64,000 nt of DNA from Candidatus Pacearchaeota archaeon. Its GTDB lineage: Archaea; Nanobdellota; Nanobdellia; Pacearchaeales; GW2011-AR1. Shown in pieces: positions 16,901 through 25,649 of the stretch. Position 1 is the first letter of the stretch, and every line of letters begins with the position of its first letter. The notes beneath the pieces are model-generated. The model was not told the DNA's origin and did not search any database. It saw nothing but the letters and a program-made list of their open reading frames with translations. A program made the translations under genes and the position numbers. The stretch is from assembly GCA_038869895.1 (NCBI GenBank), contig JAWCQE010000001.1, positions 121,879 through 185,878 on the forward strand, in the 5' to 3' direction.

Positions 16901-17898
16901 ACCTTGATGGAAAAGCCAACGACCAGGATTATAAAATAAACTTCTGTGTGTCTCCTGGGCCAGATATACAAGAACCGGTAATAATTGCGTCTTCTCCTCC
17001 GCAGAACAACTTCACAAAATTTGATGCAACAGAACAAGAAGCTTTCTTTTTTATTTCAGAACCAGCTGAATGTAGATGGGATAGTACGAGGCAAGTTATA
17101 TCAAATGAATTAGAATCATATAATTCATTGAGAAATGAAATGGAATGTAGTGTTGATTTAGATGAAAGTACAATACTTGGATGGCCGTGCAATGCAACTC
17201 TTCCAATAACAGGCGAGGAAAATAGATTTTTTATTCAATGTCGAGACCAGCCGTGGCTTGGAAATAATAACTCAAGAAACATAGGAGACATTTTTGAATA
17301 TTCGTTAAAAAGAAGTAATTCTGAATTAAAAATAACTTCTATTAAACCTAATGAAAAAGTCTTTGCAGGAAGTGAACCTATTATGATTGAATTGGAAGTT
17401 GAGACATCAGGAGGAGTTGAAAATGGAAACGCTTTCTGCAAATATAGTTTTGACAATAATCAATTTGTAAATTTCAGAATTACAGGCGAGAAAGTTCATA
17501 GCCAAATTCTAAATCAGATGAGAAAAGGAGATTATAAAGTTTATATTCAGTGTAATGATTTTGCAGGAAATGTTGCAGAAGGCATTGGGGAGTTCTCATT
17601 AGAACTTGATACTAAAGCCCCTGTTATAACAAGAGTTTTTAGTAATGCTAACACTTTATTCATTACAACAGATGAAGAGGCAAAGTGTTTTTATAAGAAT
17701 GAATCTGATGTAGGATGTAATTTTCCGTTAAATAATGTTACTGAATTTAATATTACTGAATTTACAAAGAATGGAAATATTCACTCAACTCCTTTAATAA
17801 AAGGAAAGAGTTACTATATAAAATGCGAAGATATTTGGAGCAATAGAGCTGAGAGTTGTTCTATTGTTGTAAGGAGTTTTGAAAATTTTGCAAGTTAA
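13972..17898 (+). CDS. Giant Cys-rich envelope protein (fused form): signal peptide, Cys-rich ectodomain, Gly-rich TM region, Cys-knot-like segment and four beta-sandwich-like repeats
   Basis: The ORF-track frame is 13948-17898. I prefer the ATG at 13972, directly after the upstream stop, which gives MNKKFIAGIEIFLVISMAVSF. The predicted cleavage is VSA|QTTTSCC. Its halves are homologous to the 618-aa and 694-aa ORFs downstream. No family was recognised. Confidence 0.7.
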   Translation: MNKKFIAGIEIFLVISMAVSFSWILGNIYGTSPDIKSLLEFITIIPSVSAQTTTSCCLNLKSGASCTDIPSDSCSDICDGNCVSGTTCSQLRECNLGCGFNSDEGTCTPNTPRVLCEGDEGCEFLDDPFCNNQKCEIGCCVLGLSANLETRTGCEIQSLRRGVSFEFDSSIKDGVQCLNKGKTSEGACVVNFGEEKNNCIFTTQSECVNNIKGVFYEGYLCSHPELKTICVKQSRVSCFDNRDEVYWYDSCGNRENIYSSNRASSWNNGFVLSKEKSCNPNSSNENSGSCGNCNYNLGSICGEFRPGVDSGNMEGYTCRNLNCIDSKGKQRTNGESWCVYDGTIGGGSILEGKSGGLLSKIAGGLLEGEVALLSTDLVGSRHFRQVCVNGKVEVEPCADYRKEICVQNDKSLDNGRKIDNAICRMNLWEQCISYNQGNEGCGPGCLTKCVKNPDCRIHPVFVDSRFKFNACVPKYPPGFDLGSTSGVDSFVRNYVSSSISDLDGGGVLSKLSGSLSSENSAGSICSLASQKCTSIWTKTCGLSGIHWECTKNCKCHTESFTIQMNNLCVSLGDCGVYANYEGKVTPGGAYVTKKGGHGRTPLQPFILIPVYAVLVKILKPTPPSGGFFRDEKDIVNFPTEIIDPFLGGYNRIDVGKLPSQLDNMLGSQLGTTIGAGVAGGLVGGVVAGLGGVTAAGLGVIGAATQGILWAPIIFPTGGVGMLQIPVTFYAPTNNILSTVFHGHYLGKPFFGFDPLSIAIGIAVGIAITYLIGCGKVKTVDIKFQCLPWQRPKGGTDCEKCDDDPLKPCSRYRCESLGARCTLINEGKGDVCVSVSGESSIPVISPWEEILNTSFYRYEDISPNGFKIRTKDGQCIQAFTYLVFGVETDVYSECFWSLEPFAYENKSEANLFLEGNLLTKNHTMLTLLPSVESLLANEINNQEELGQALETTTEQDISARQYILNRLGDLNIYVKCANLDGKANDQDYKINFCVSPGPDIQEPVIIASSPPQNNFTKFDATEQEAFFFISEPAECRWDSTRQVISNELESYNSLRNEMECSVDLDESTILGWPCNATLPITGEENRFFIQCRDQPWLGNNNSRNIGDIFEYSLKRSNSELKITSIKPNEKVFAGSEPIMIELEVETSGGVENGNAFCKYSFDNNQFVNFRITGEKVHSQILNQMRKGDYKVYIQCNDFAGNVAEGIGEFSLELDTKAPVITRVFSNANTLFITTDEEAKCFYKNESDVGCNFPLNNVTEFNITEFTKNGNIHSTPLIKGKSYYIKCEDIWSNRAESCSIVVRSFENFAS

Positions 17899-17933
17899 AT
17901 TTATAAAGAAATTTGTTTTTAGAAGGTAATAGA

Positions 17934-18734
17934 ATGATTAAATCAAAAAACAAAAGAGGACAGACAACAATCTTTGTTATCTTAGCAGTAGTTATTGTTG
18001 CAGTCATAGTGATTTTTTTTGCAGTTACGGATATAGGGAGAGAAACTTTTGAAAAAATCTCTAATATTGTTGGCAGTGATGAGATTAATGTTAAAGAAGA
18101 ATTGAATAAATGTTTTATTGATAACAGCGAAATCAATAAAAAAATAAATCTAATTATGTCACAGGGAGGAAGTATTGAACCTTCTTTATTTTTTCTTCAT
18201 AATGGAACGAAATTAAGTTATTTATGTTATACTAATGAATTTTATAAGACATGTGTAAATCAGCAGCCTTTAATATTACAACATACAAAGAATGAGATAA
18301 ATAGGGCAATTCTTCCAGAAATAGATAAATGTATTTCTTCATTAAAAGCCAATTTTGAAAAAAGAGGATATCAAATAAGAGGACAGAATTTCGAGAGTTC
18401 AATAGATATAATTCACAACAACATAATTATTAAAATAAATTTCCCTCTAACTATCAAAAAGGGGGATTTAACACAGACATTTGAAAATTTTGAAATAAAA
18501 AAACATAGCCAGTATTATCAATTATTAAGTGTTGCAACATCAATTGTAAATTTTGAATCCCAATATGGCGATAGTGATCCAGTTTTATATATGTCTCTTT
18601 ATCCGAATACAAGAGTTGAAAAATTAAAACAAGGAGATGGGACAACAATTTATAAGATTAGTGATAGGGAAACAATGGAAACTTTTAACTTTGCTGTAAG
18701 AAGTTTGGCTTTGCCTATAGGATATGGATTATAA
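17934..18734 (+). CDS. Prepilin-like protein, module B; paralog of 13140-13970
   Basis: The N-terminus is MIKSKNKRGQTTIFVILAVVIVAVIVIFFAV, with an RG|Q context. The ATG at 17934 is preceded by GAAGGT. The ORF-track start at 17913 is a TTG. Confidence 0.55.
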   Translation: MIKSKNKRGQTTIFVILAVVIVAVIVIFFAVTDIGRETFEKISNIVGSDEINVKEELNKCFIDNSEINKKINLIMSQGGSIEPSLFFLHNGTKLSYLCYTNEFYKTCVNQQPLILQHTKNEINRAILPEIDKCISSLKANFEKRGYQIRGQNFESSIDIIHNNIIIKINFPLTIKKGDLTQTFENFEIKKHSQYYQLLSVATSIVNFESQYGDSDPVLYMSLYPNTRVEKLKQGDGTTIYKISDRETMETFNFAVRSLALPIGYGL

Positions 18735-18750
18735 ATTCAAATAGTTAAAA

Positions 18751-20607
18751 ATGGTGATTGAAAAAAAAGAAGAAAAATTGAAGAGAAAATTTACAAGTAA
18801 TTACTTTTTAGGTTTTAGTCTGTTTATTTTTTTTATTTTATTTTTTTCATCTTATGTCACGGCGCAGACAACGACAGTATGCTGTGAAAAAACTTTAAAT
18901 GGAGCTTACTGCCAGAATTCCATTCAAAGCCAGTGTGATTCAAGATTTTTAAGTTCACAAACAAGCTGTGATGCGACTTCTTTCTGTCAATTAGGAGTTT
19001 GTTATGATAGTGATGATGGATTATGTATGAATAATGTTCCTCAAAGGGCATGTGAAGAAGCAAACGGATTGTGGACAAGTGATGCAAATCCTCCCCAATG
19101 CAATTTAGGATGTTGTATTCTTGGGCAGCAGGCTTCTTTTACAACTCTTCAAAGATGTAAGAAATTATCTGGAACTTACGGACTTCAAGTGGATTTCAGA
19201 ACAGACATCAAAGACGAAGTTTCTTGTATTGCAGTTGCAAATGCACAAGACATTGGAGCTTGTGTTTTTGAGTCAGAATTTACAAGAACCTGTAAATTTG
19301 TTACAAGAGCTGAATGTGGCACTTCAATGAACTCAACAAATTCAGGAGTAGTTCCTAATACGCAATTTTTCAAGGATTTTTTATGTACTTCAGAACAGCT
19401 TAATACAAACTGCCAGAGAACCTCAAAAACTTCTTGTTTTGAAGGAGAGGATGAAGTTTATTTTATTGATAGCTGTGGGAATAAGGCTAATATTTATGAT
19501 GCTTCAAGAATAAATGATAAAAATTATTGGGAAAAAAGAGTTCCTAAAAGTCAGAGCTGCACTGCCTCTAGGAATTCTAGAAGTTGTGGAAACTGCGATT
19601 ATCTTGAAGGAAGTATTTGTTCTAAAGCTAAAGATTCTGGTGTTAAGCCAGCTTATGGCGAATTTATCTGTAGGGATATAAATTGTTATAGTACTTCAAA
19701 TGGAAAAAATTACAAAAATGGGGAGTCATGGTGTTTTTACGACAATAATAATAAAGGGGATGATAGGGTTGGAAGTAGACATTTTAGGCATATTTGTTTT
19801 ATGGGAGAGGAAATTGTAGAACCATGCGCTGATTATAGGCAAGAAACATGCATTGAAGATTCGATAAATGTTGAGGGCGGTGGAACTTTTCTACAAGCAG
19901 GATGTGTTGTGAATAGGTGGCATGATTGTTTGTTGCAGAAAAGAATTGAAGATTGCCAAAATACTGATTTAAGAGATTGTAAATGGATTCCGGTTTCTGA
20001 AGAACCTGAAGAGATAGCAAAAGGGATAATTGATGCATCTTTAAATAAAATTACAAATGGATTTTCTGGATTATTAATGAATGTTATTGAAAAAGATGAA
20101 AGAGATAAAGGGGCTTGTGTTCCAGATATTGCTCCAGGACTTGAATTTTGGGGGGAGTCGGCGGCATCTCAGTGTGACTTAGTAAGTTCAAGTTGTGTTA
20201 TAACTTATGAAAAGACGTTAATTGGAGGAAAAAAGTGTGTTAAGAATTGCTTTTGTGATATAAAAGAAAACCCACAAACAGCAATTCAGGCATTGAATAT
20301 ATGTTCCTCTATAGGAGACTGCGGACCAGGAGCAAATTATATAGGAAAATTTGTTAATAATGGTTATGAACTAAGAATAGATGACAAAAAAATAGGTCCT
20401 GAACTTAATTTAGGAATTTTTACTGCTTCTCCTGTTCAAAGTGGAAGTCCTGCAAATCCCTCTACAAATCCCTCTTTTGAACAAAGAAGAGAATTTTCAA
20501 CAGCAACACAACAGACATTTCAAACTCAAACCTCAACTGCAACTTCAACAACAGGAAATATTATCAAAGATATAATAACTGAAACATATAAACAACTTGG
20601 AAAATAA
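18751..20607 (+). CDS. Cys-rich secreted protein, homolog of the N-terminal half of the 13972-17898 protein
   Basis: The signal peptide ends ...YVTA|QTTTVCC. It shares the motifs GCCILG, CGNCDY, NGESWCFYD and VGSRHFRHICFMGEEIVEPCADYRQETC. It has a T/Q/S-rich low-complexity C-terminus. Confidence 0.7.
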   Translation: MVIEKKEEKLKRKFTSNYFLGFSLFIFFILFFSSYVTAQTTTVCCEKTLNGAYCQNSIQSQCDSRFLSSQTSCDATSFCQLGVCYDSDDGLCMNNVPQRACEEANGLWTSDANPPQCNLGCCILGQQASFTTLQRCKKLSGTYGLQVDFRTDIKDEVSCIAVANAQDIGACVFESEFTRTCKFVTRAECGTSMNSTNSGVVPNTQFFKDFLCTSEQLNTNCQRTSKTSCFEGEDEVYFIDSCGNKANIYDASRINDKNYWEKRVPKSQSCTASRNSRSCGNCDYLEGSICSKAKDSGVKPAYGEFICRDINCYSTSNGKNYKNGESWCFYDNNNKGDDRVGSRHFRHICFMGEEIVEPCADYRQETCIEDSINVEGGGTFLQAGCVVNRWHDCLLQKRIEDCQNTDLRDCKWIPVSEEPEEIAKGIIDASLNKITNGFSGLLMNVIEKDERDKGACVPDIAPGLEFWGESAASQCDLVSSSCVITYEKTLIGGKKCVKNCFCDIKENPQTAIQALNICSSIGDCGPGANYIGKFVNNGYELRIDDKKIGPELNLGIFTASPVQSGSPANPSTNPSFEQRREFSTATQQTFQTQTSTATSTTGNIIKDIITETYKQLGK

Positions 20608-22692
20608 ATGGAGAATAAAAAGTTAAGAAGAATGAAAAAAAAGGGAATAAAAAAAAGTGAAGGATTATTTTTAATAGCGAATATTCTTTTAGGGATTTTT
20701 GCCTTTGCGTTTATTATGAACGTTGAAGTTGTTAGAGGGCAGGCGGACGGAGTAGGTTCTAATGGAGATGAGGAGGGGAAAGTTGAGGACCAGAATGGGA
20801 TTGGCAATAAGGGGGGGAAAACAGGGGAAGAAAAAGGATCTAAAAAATTTAAAATAGGTAATTTCACAAAATCAGCAAGTTATATAACAGGAGGACTTGC
20901 GTTAGGACAAATTATAAAAGAACTTGCTGGTGATGAACCATGGGGGGATGCATTAGGGAATGCGTTGGGAGTTGCTGGAGGAGTTTCAGGTTTTTCTAGT
21001 TTATTTCCTGAAAAAACCTTTTTAGGAGGTAATGCTCATTTATTAGGGGTAGGGGCAGGAATACTAACTTTTATTTTAACATACAAGAAAATTGAATATG
21101 AAACTGTTTTTTTTACATGTCAACCATGGGAAGCTCCTATTGGAGGGAATGACTGTGAGAAATGTAATGATGGAGTCCATCCATGTTCTGAATATAGGTG
21201 CAAGAGTTTAGGACAGGCTTGTGATTTAGTTAATAAAGGAACTGAAAAGGAACTCTGCGTCTGGACAAATCCAAGAGATGTAAATAGTCCTTCAATAAGG
21301 CCACTTGAAAGCGCTTTAAGTCCAGGATATAGATATGTTCCTTTAGGGGCAAGGCCTCCTAATTGGGGAACTCAAATAAAACCTTTGGGAGACGATTGTA
21401 TTCCTCCATTTACTCCAATACAATTTGGAATACAAACAGACAAACCTTCTCAATGTAAGATTGACTTTTTAATTCTTGGAGGAGCGGGAGATGTTGATGT
21501 AAAACCAAAAGGATACGATGATATGAAATTCTTTTTTGGCATGAGTAATTTATATGATTATAATCATATTCAATCTTTGAGCTTGCCAAGTCCTAATACT
21601 ATAAATAAAGTTGATGAATTAAGGCAGAATGAAACAGGAGGTTTAGAAATACAAAATGATGGCATATATAACTTATATGTGCGATGTAGAAGTGCGAATG
21701 GATTTTATAATGCAGACCCTTATAAAATAAATTTCTGTGTTCAGAAAGGGCCAGACTTAACTCCTCCAGAAATTGTTGAAACAAGCATAAGAAACGGACA
21801 GCCTATAAACTTTGAAGCGGATAATGTAACTTTAAGTGTATTTACAAACGAACCTGTAAATTGCAAATGGTCAAGAGATAATGATTTAAGTTTTGAGAGT
21901 ATGAATAATGAAATGATATGCGCTAATAACCTTCAGGATATAAGAAATAATATGCTTTATGAGTGTAGAACTAGATTGACTGGAATAAAAGATAGGCAGG
22001 ATAATTTATTTTATTTCAGATGTGAAGACCAGCCTTGGGAATCTCCAAGCAATAGAAATAAAATGTCTAGAGGATATCAATTTGTCTTAAAAGGAACACA
22101 GCCTTTGAATATTAAACAAGATTCAATAAAGCCAATATCAGGGAGCATTTTAACAGGAGCGACTTCAACAATTCCTATAACTCTGGAAGTTGAAACTCAA
22201 AATGGATTTAATGAGGGAGAATCTGTTTGTCTTTATAGTTTGAATAATGAAACTTTCATAAGATTTTTTGAAACAAATTCATTTAAGCACAAGCAGACTC
22301 AAGATTTAACTCAGGGAGAATATACTTATTATATAAGATGTGTGGATTTAGGAGGAAATCAAGATTATGGTATTACAACTTTCAGTGTTTTTGTTGACAC
22401 TCAAGCACCATTAATTACAAGAGTCCTAAATGATAATAATAAACTTAAGATAATTACAGATGAGGAAGCAGTATGTAGATATACAAATGATATAAATACA
22501 AGATGCAATTTTGACATTAACGAGGGAGAGGGAAATCCAATGCAATATCCTTCTCAAAATCAGAGAAAAGAACATCTTGCAATGTGGAATACAAAAGAGA
22601 CTTATTATATCAAATGTATGGATATTAACAATAGACAACCGAATCCGACAGAATGTTCAATAATTGTTCGTCCTGTTGAGTTAAGAGAATAA
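20608..22692 (+). CDS. Membrane-anchored Cys-rich protein, homolog of the C-terminal half of the 13972-17898 protein
   Basis: The ATG directly abuts the upstream TAA (20605-20607). It has an N-terminal anchor LFLIANILLGIFAFAFIM, a Gly-rich region, then FTCQPWEAPIGGNDCEKCNDGVHPCSEYRCKSLGQAC. These are followed by four repeats matching those of the fused protein. Confidence 0.7.
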   Translation: MENKKLRRMKKKGIKKSEGLFLIANILLGIFAFAFIMNVEVVRGQADGVGSNGDEEGKVEDQNGIGNKGGKTGEEKGSKKFKIGNFTKSASYITGGLALGQIIKELAGDEPWGDALGNALGVAGGVSGFSSLFPEKTFLGGNAHLLGVGAGILTFILTYKKIEYETVFFTCQPWEAPIGGNDCEKCNDGVHPCSEYRCKSLGQACDLVNKGTEKELCVWTNPRDVNSPSIRPLESALSPGYRYVPLGARPPNWGTQIKPLGDDCIPPFTPIQFGIQTDKPSQCKIDFLILGGAGDVDVKPKGYDDMKFFFGMSNLYDYNHIQSLSLPSPNTINKVDELRQNETGGLEIQNDGIYNLYVRCRSANGFYNADPYKINFCVQKGPDLTPPEIVETSIRNGQPINFEADNVTLSVFTNEPVNCKWSRDNDLSFESMNNEMICANNLQDIRNNMLYECRTRLTGIKDRQDNLFYFRCEDQPWESPSNRNKMSRGYQFVLKGTQPLNIKQDSIKPISGSILTGATSTIPITLEVETQNGFNEGESVCLYSLNNETFIRFFETNSFKHKQTQDLTQGEYTYYIRCVDLGGNQDYGITTFSVFVDTQAPLITRVLNDNNKLKIITDEEAVCRYTNDINTRCNFDINEGEGNPMQYPSQNQRKEHLAMWNTKETYYIKCMDINNRQPNPTECSIIVRPVELRE

Positions 22693-22848
22693 GATTAAAA
22701 GTCCATATTATAAAGAGAAATCTGATGAAGTCAAGTTTTGTTTGTTATAATTTATAATTGAACGAAGTTCCTTCTTATACGAACTAATTAAGTGGCAATA
22801 TTATAAAAAATATATAAAGGATTACAATATTTTCATTTGTGAGAATAA

Positions 22849-23541
22849 TCAAGCAAGATAATCTATAGTTAGTTTTGGTGCTATATCTAGTAAGCCAGTT
22901 CTTTGGGCAAGTTCCCTAGAAATAAATCCCACTCCGTGGTCATCGCCGCCATACCCATCATCAATGTCTCTCCCTTTAATAGTGAATCCGTAATTTGGTT
23001 CTCCAGCAACCCAACCTCGGACAGCTTGTTTAACATCCCAGTTATGGACTCTTCCATCTAAAATAATTCTTGAAGAAGAAATAAATTCCATATGATTAAA
23101 AGAAGAATTATGAGTTAAACCTCCTTCTTGCCAAGGATTTAAGGTAAGTTTATCAATATCTACTGTAGCTATTGGTTGTATACGGGACGCTGTTATTACA
23201 GAACTCATGGAAAAAATTGCACTATCAATCCTTGCATTTCTTGGGATACTTGAAACGTCAAATTTTACATACCCTCTAAAACTTGCACTACGTTGTGGAG
23301 TGTGGATTTCACCAGTTTGTATAATATCTTCTCTTCCGTAATTTGTTGCAGGATTTTCAGAACTTGTATAAGTATCTCCAATGGCATATAAAACAATGGA
23401 ATGGAACTCTCCGTTTCCACCTCCTCCTCCGCCTCCGTCTCCCCCTCCAGGGTTGCTAGAAGGACAACCTGCTATTATCCAGTAGCCTGCTAATCCTAAA
23501 GTTTTTAAAATTTCCCTTCTTGTAATTATATCCCCCTTCAT
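22849..23541 (-). CDS. Tat-signal lipoprotein with DNRLRE/CBM96-like beta-sandwich domain
   Basis: The N-terminus TRREILKTLGLAGYWIIAGC has a twin-Arg motif plus a lipobox-like Cys, followed by a poly-Gly linker. The domain reads ...GDTYTSSENPATNYG...GYVKFDVSSIP.NARIDSAIFSM...WQEGGLTHN...WDVKQAVRGWVAGEPNYGF, which fits my recollection of the DNRLRE domain. Confidence 0.55.
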   Translation of the reverse strand: MKGDIITRREILKTLGLAGYWIIAGCPSSNPGGGDGGGGGGGNGEFHSIVLYAIGDTYTSSENPATNYGREDIIQTGEIHTPQRSASFRGYVKFDVSSIPRNARIDSAIFSMSSVITASRIQPIATVDIDKLTLNPWQEGGLTHNSSFNHMEFISSSRIILDGRVHNWDVKQAVRGWVAGEPNYGFTIKGRDIDDGYGGDDHGVGFISRELAQRTGLLDIAPKLTIDYLA

Positions 23542-23838
23542 TTTTTTATTTAAAATTAAGAGTTTAAATATTTTTCCTTTTGATGTGGTTTGTAAAGTAA
23601 ATCCTTAAATCAAGTTACTTTTTTTACAAAGGGTAATTATTTTACGAAACTTATTCAGATGAATTGTAAATGAATCTTCAAATTTGATTTTATTTATAGG
23701 GCAATATCGATATCTTACAAATAGCAAGATTAGATAAGGTATTTTTATCAATATTAAATTTATTTATATATTATAGAAATTACAAATTTTACTATTTATT
23801 TTATACTTTTAAGTATAATTAATTATTATAAATAGAAT

Positions 23839-24969
23839 CTATTCTGTTCTAAAATGATGTTCTATATATTCAACCATCTCGCGAGCTGAAAGTTTAACAC
23901 TTGCTGGCCCATTTCTTATGTAAAATTCCTCTTCATTTTGAAATTTTACAAAAACAGGCTTTTTTGATTTTTGACATTCAATCTTTAGAACATGTTTATC
24001 ATCTACTGGAAAGAGTTCAAATTCAATAAAATGGAGATATTCATTTCCTATGTATTTTTTAAGAAGATTTGTGAAATGAAGATTTAGCGAATCATTATCT
24101 TTGAAATTATCCTTTTCCAATCCACATATTTTTCCATTGTCATTTACTCCTATTAATAATGTTCCTCCTTCTGTATTGAGAAAAGCAGAAATAGTTTTTA
24201 TTGTAGAATATTCGATTTTGCTATCAATCTCATTTGTATGAAGATTTGTCCTTAATGTTGATTTAAATTCGAGATTTTTTGATTCTCCAACACTTATTAT
24301 TTTTTTTATTTCATCAGAAGATTCTTCCAAAGTATTTCTAATTCTAAAAAATCGCTTATATCTCTCAATTTGTTTTGAAACAAACTTAGAGATTATTTTT
24401 ATTTCTCCATTTTGTATATATGAATATCCGATTAGTGATATTATAAACGCCCCGAATGTGTTTGTTATAATGTCTTTCATTGTGTCAATATTGGACTTTT
24501 GCATTTTGAATCCAAAGAGATTGTCAATTGAAAATTCAATTATTTCCCATAATACCCCTACAGCAATTGTAAAACAGAAAGTCAGGAATGAAATAATCAA
24601 TGGATTTGCTTTTATTTTCCTATCCCTATACAGAGCATATAATATAATAAGTCCGACAATTCCAAGAACGCTTGCTGCAATAAGATTAAGGGCAATATCC
24701 CACCACCAAAACTCAGCAAAAAATCCTCTCACTTCACTTAGAAAAAGGATTCCATAAATTGATAGTATGATTATTATTTCATAAATCGCAGGAAAATTAA
24801 CTCCAAGCGTTTTCAATACTTTTGGAACAAATGTTGCAACAAATCCTATTAACGAAAAGACCATTACAAGATTTCTTCCATAATAAATTGAACTTATGAA
24901 GGCTAAAGCAAGGAGCCCTCTTATTAAATTAATCACCAAAAATTTAACTTTCTCTCTTTCCTCTCCCAT
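23839..24969 (-). CDS. Membrane protein (about 5-6 TM) fused to a C-terminal AlbA_2/Schlafen-like putative DNA-binding domain
   Basis: The N-terminal ~200 aa are polytopic. The C-terminal part reads GESKNLEFKSTLR.N........KIEYSTIKTISAFLNTEGGTLLIGVNDNGKICGLE, the hallmark of the AlbA_2 (divergent AAA/Schlafen-type) domain. Confidence 0.6.
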   Translation of the reverse strand: MGEEREKVKFLVINLIRGLLALAFISSIYYGRNLVMVFSLIGFVATFVPKVLKTLGVNFPAIYEIIIILSIYGILFLSEVRGFFAEFWWWDIALNLIAASVLGIVGLIILYALYRDRKIKANPLIISFLTFCFTIAVGVLWEIIEFSIDNLFGFKMQKSNIDTMKDIITNTFGAFIISLIGYSYIQNGEIKIISKFVSKQIERYKRFFRIRNTLEESSDEIKKIISVGESKNLEFKSTLRTNLHTNEIDSKIEYSTIKTISAFLNTEGGTLLIGVNDNGKICGLEKDNFKDNDSLNLHFTNLLKKYIGNEYLHFIEFELFPVDDKHVLKIECQKSKKPVFVKFQNEEEFYIRNGPASVKLSAREMVEYIEHHFRTE

Positions 24970-25159
24970 CTTTTTTTAAAAATTTTTTAGTATAAATAAA
25001 TATTGGAATTGATAAAATGGTGCAATCAATAATTTTTTTAAATGCCCCTAATTTTTTTATAAATTAATCTATGAAATTTGATATGCAGGCTTAAATCTAA
25101 TATTTAATGATATATAAGATAAAAAGGTTTAATAATATGATTTTATTTTAGAATAATTA

Positions 25160-25648
25160 ATGAAAAGAGGACAATTTCAACTTGGATTTGGAATGATTTT
25201 CTCTATTATATTGATAATTGCATTTATAATTGTTGCATTTATTGCTTTCAAAGCTTTTTTTGGAGTGAGGTGTTCTACTGAACAAGGAAGATTTATTTAT
25301 GAACTTCAGAATGAAATTGACAGGATATGGAAAGGCTCGGGCGAGGATAGGATTAAGGAATTTAAAATTTTAGGATGTGATTTTGATTATGTTTGTTTTT
25401 GGGATCCAAATGTTCCTTCAAGAGGAAATTTCAGAACTTTTGAAGACGATTTCAGTATTTTTACAGGAGATGAAGGAAACCATAATTTATATTTTTATCC
25501 AAGAAAAAAAGTAGAAATTTCTTCAACCTTGATAAAGCATATTAATATGGATTTTAGAGAGAATCCTGTATGTTTTAGAAACGAGGAGAATTCTGTTAAA
25601 ATAAGACTCAGCAAAAACATTGACGAAGATTTAGTAAGAGTCTCATAA
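25160..25648 (+). CDS. Prepilin-like protein (class III signal peptide)
   Basis: The N-terminus MKRGQFQLGFGMIFSIILIIAFIIVAFIAF has an RG|Q context. It is the first gene of a tightly packed four-gene run. Confidence 0.6.
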   Translation: MKRGQFQLGFGMIFSIILIIAFIIVAFIAFKAFFGVRCSTEQGRFIYELQNEIDRIWKGSGEDRIKEFKILGCDFDYVCFWDPNVPSRGNFRTFEDDFSIFTGDEGNHNLYFYPRKKVEISSTLIKHINMDFRENPVCFRNEENSVKIRLSKNIDEDLVRVS

Positions 25649-25649
25649 A

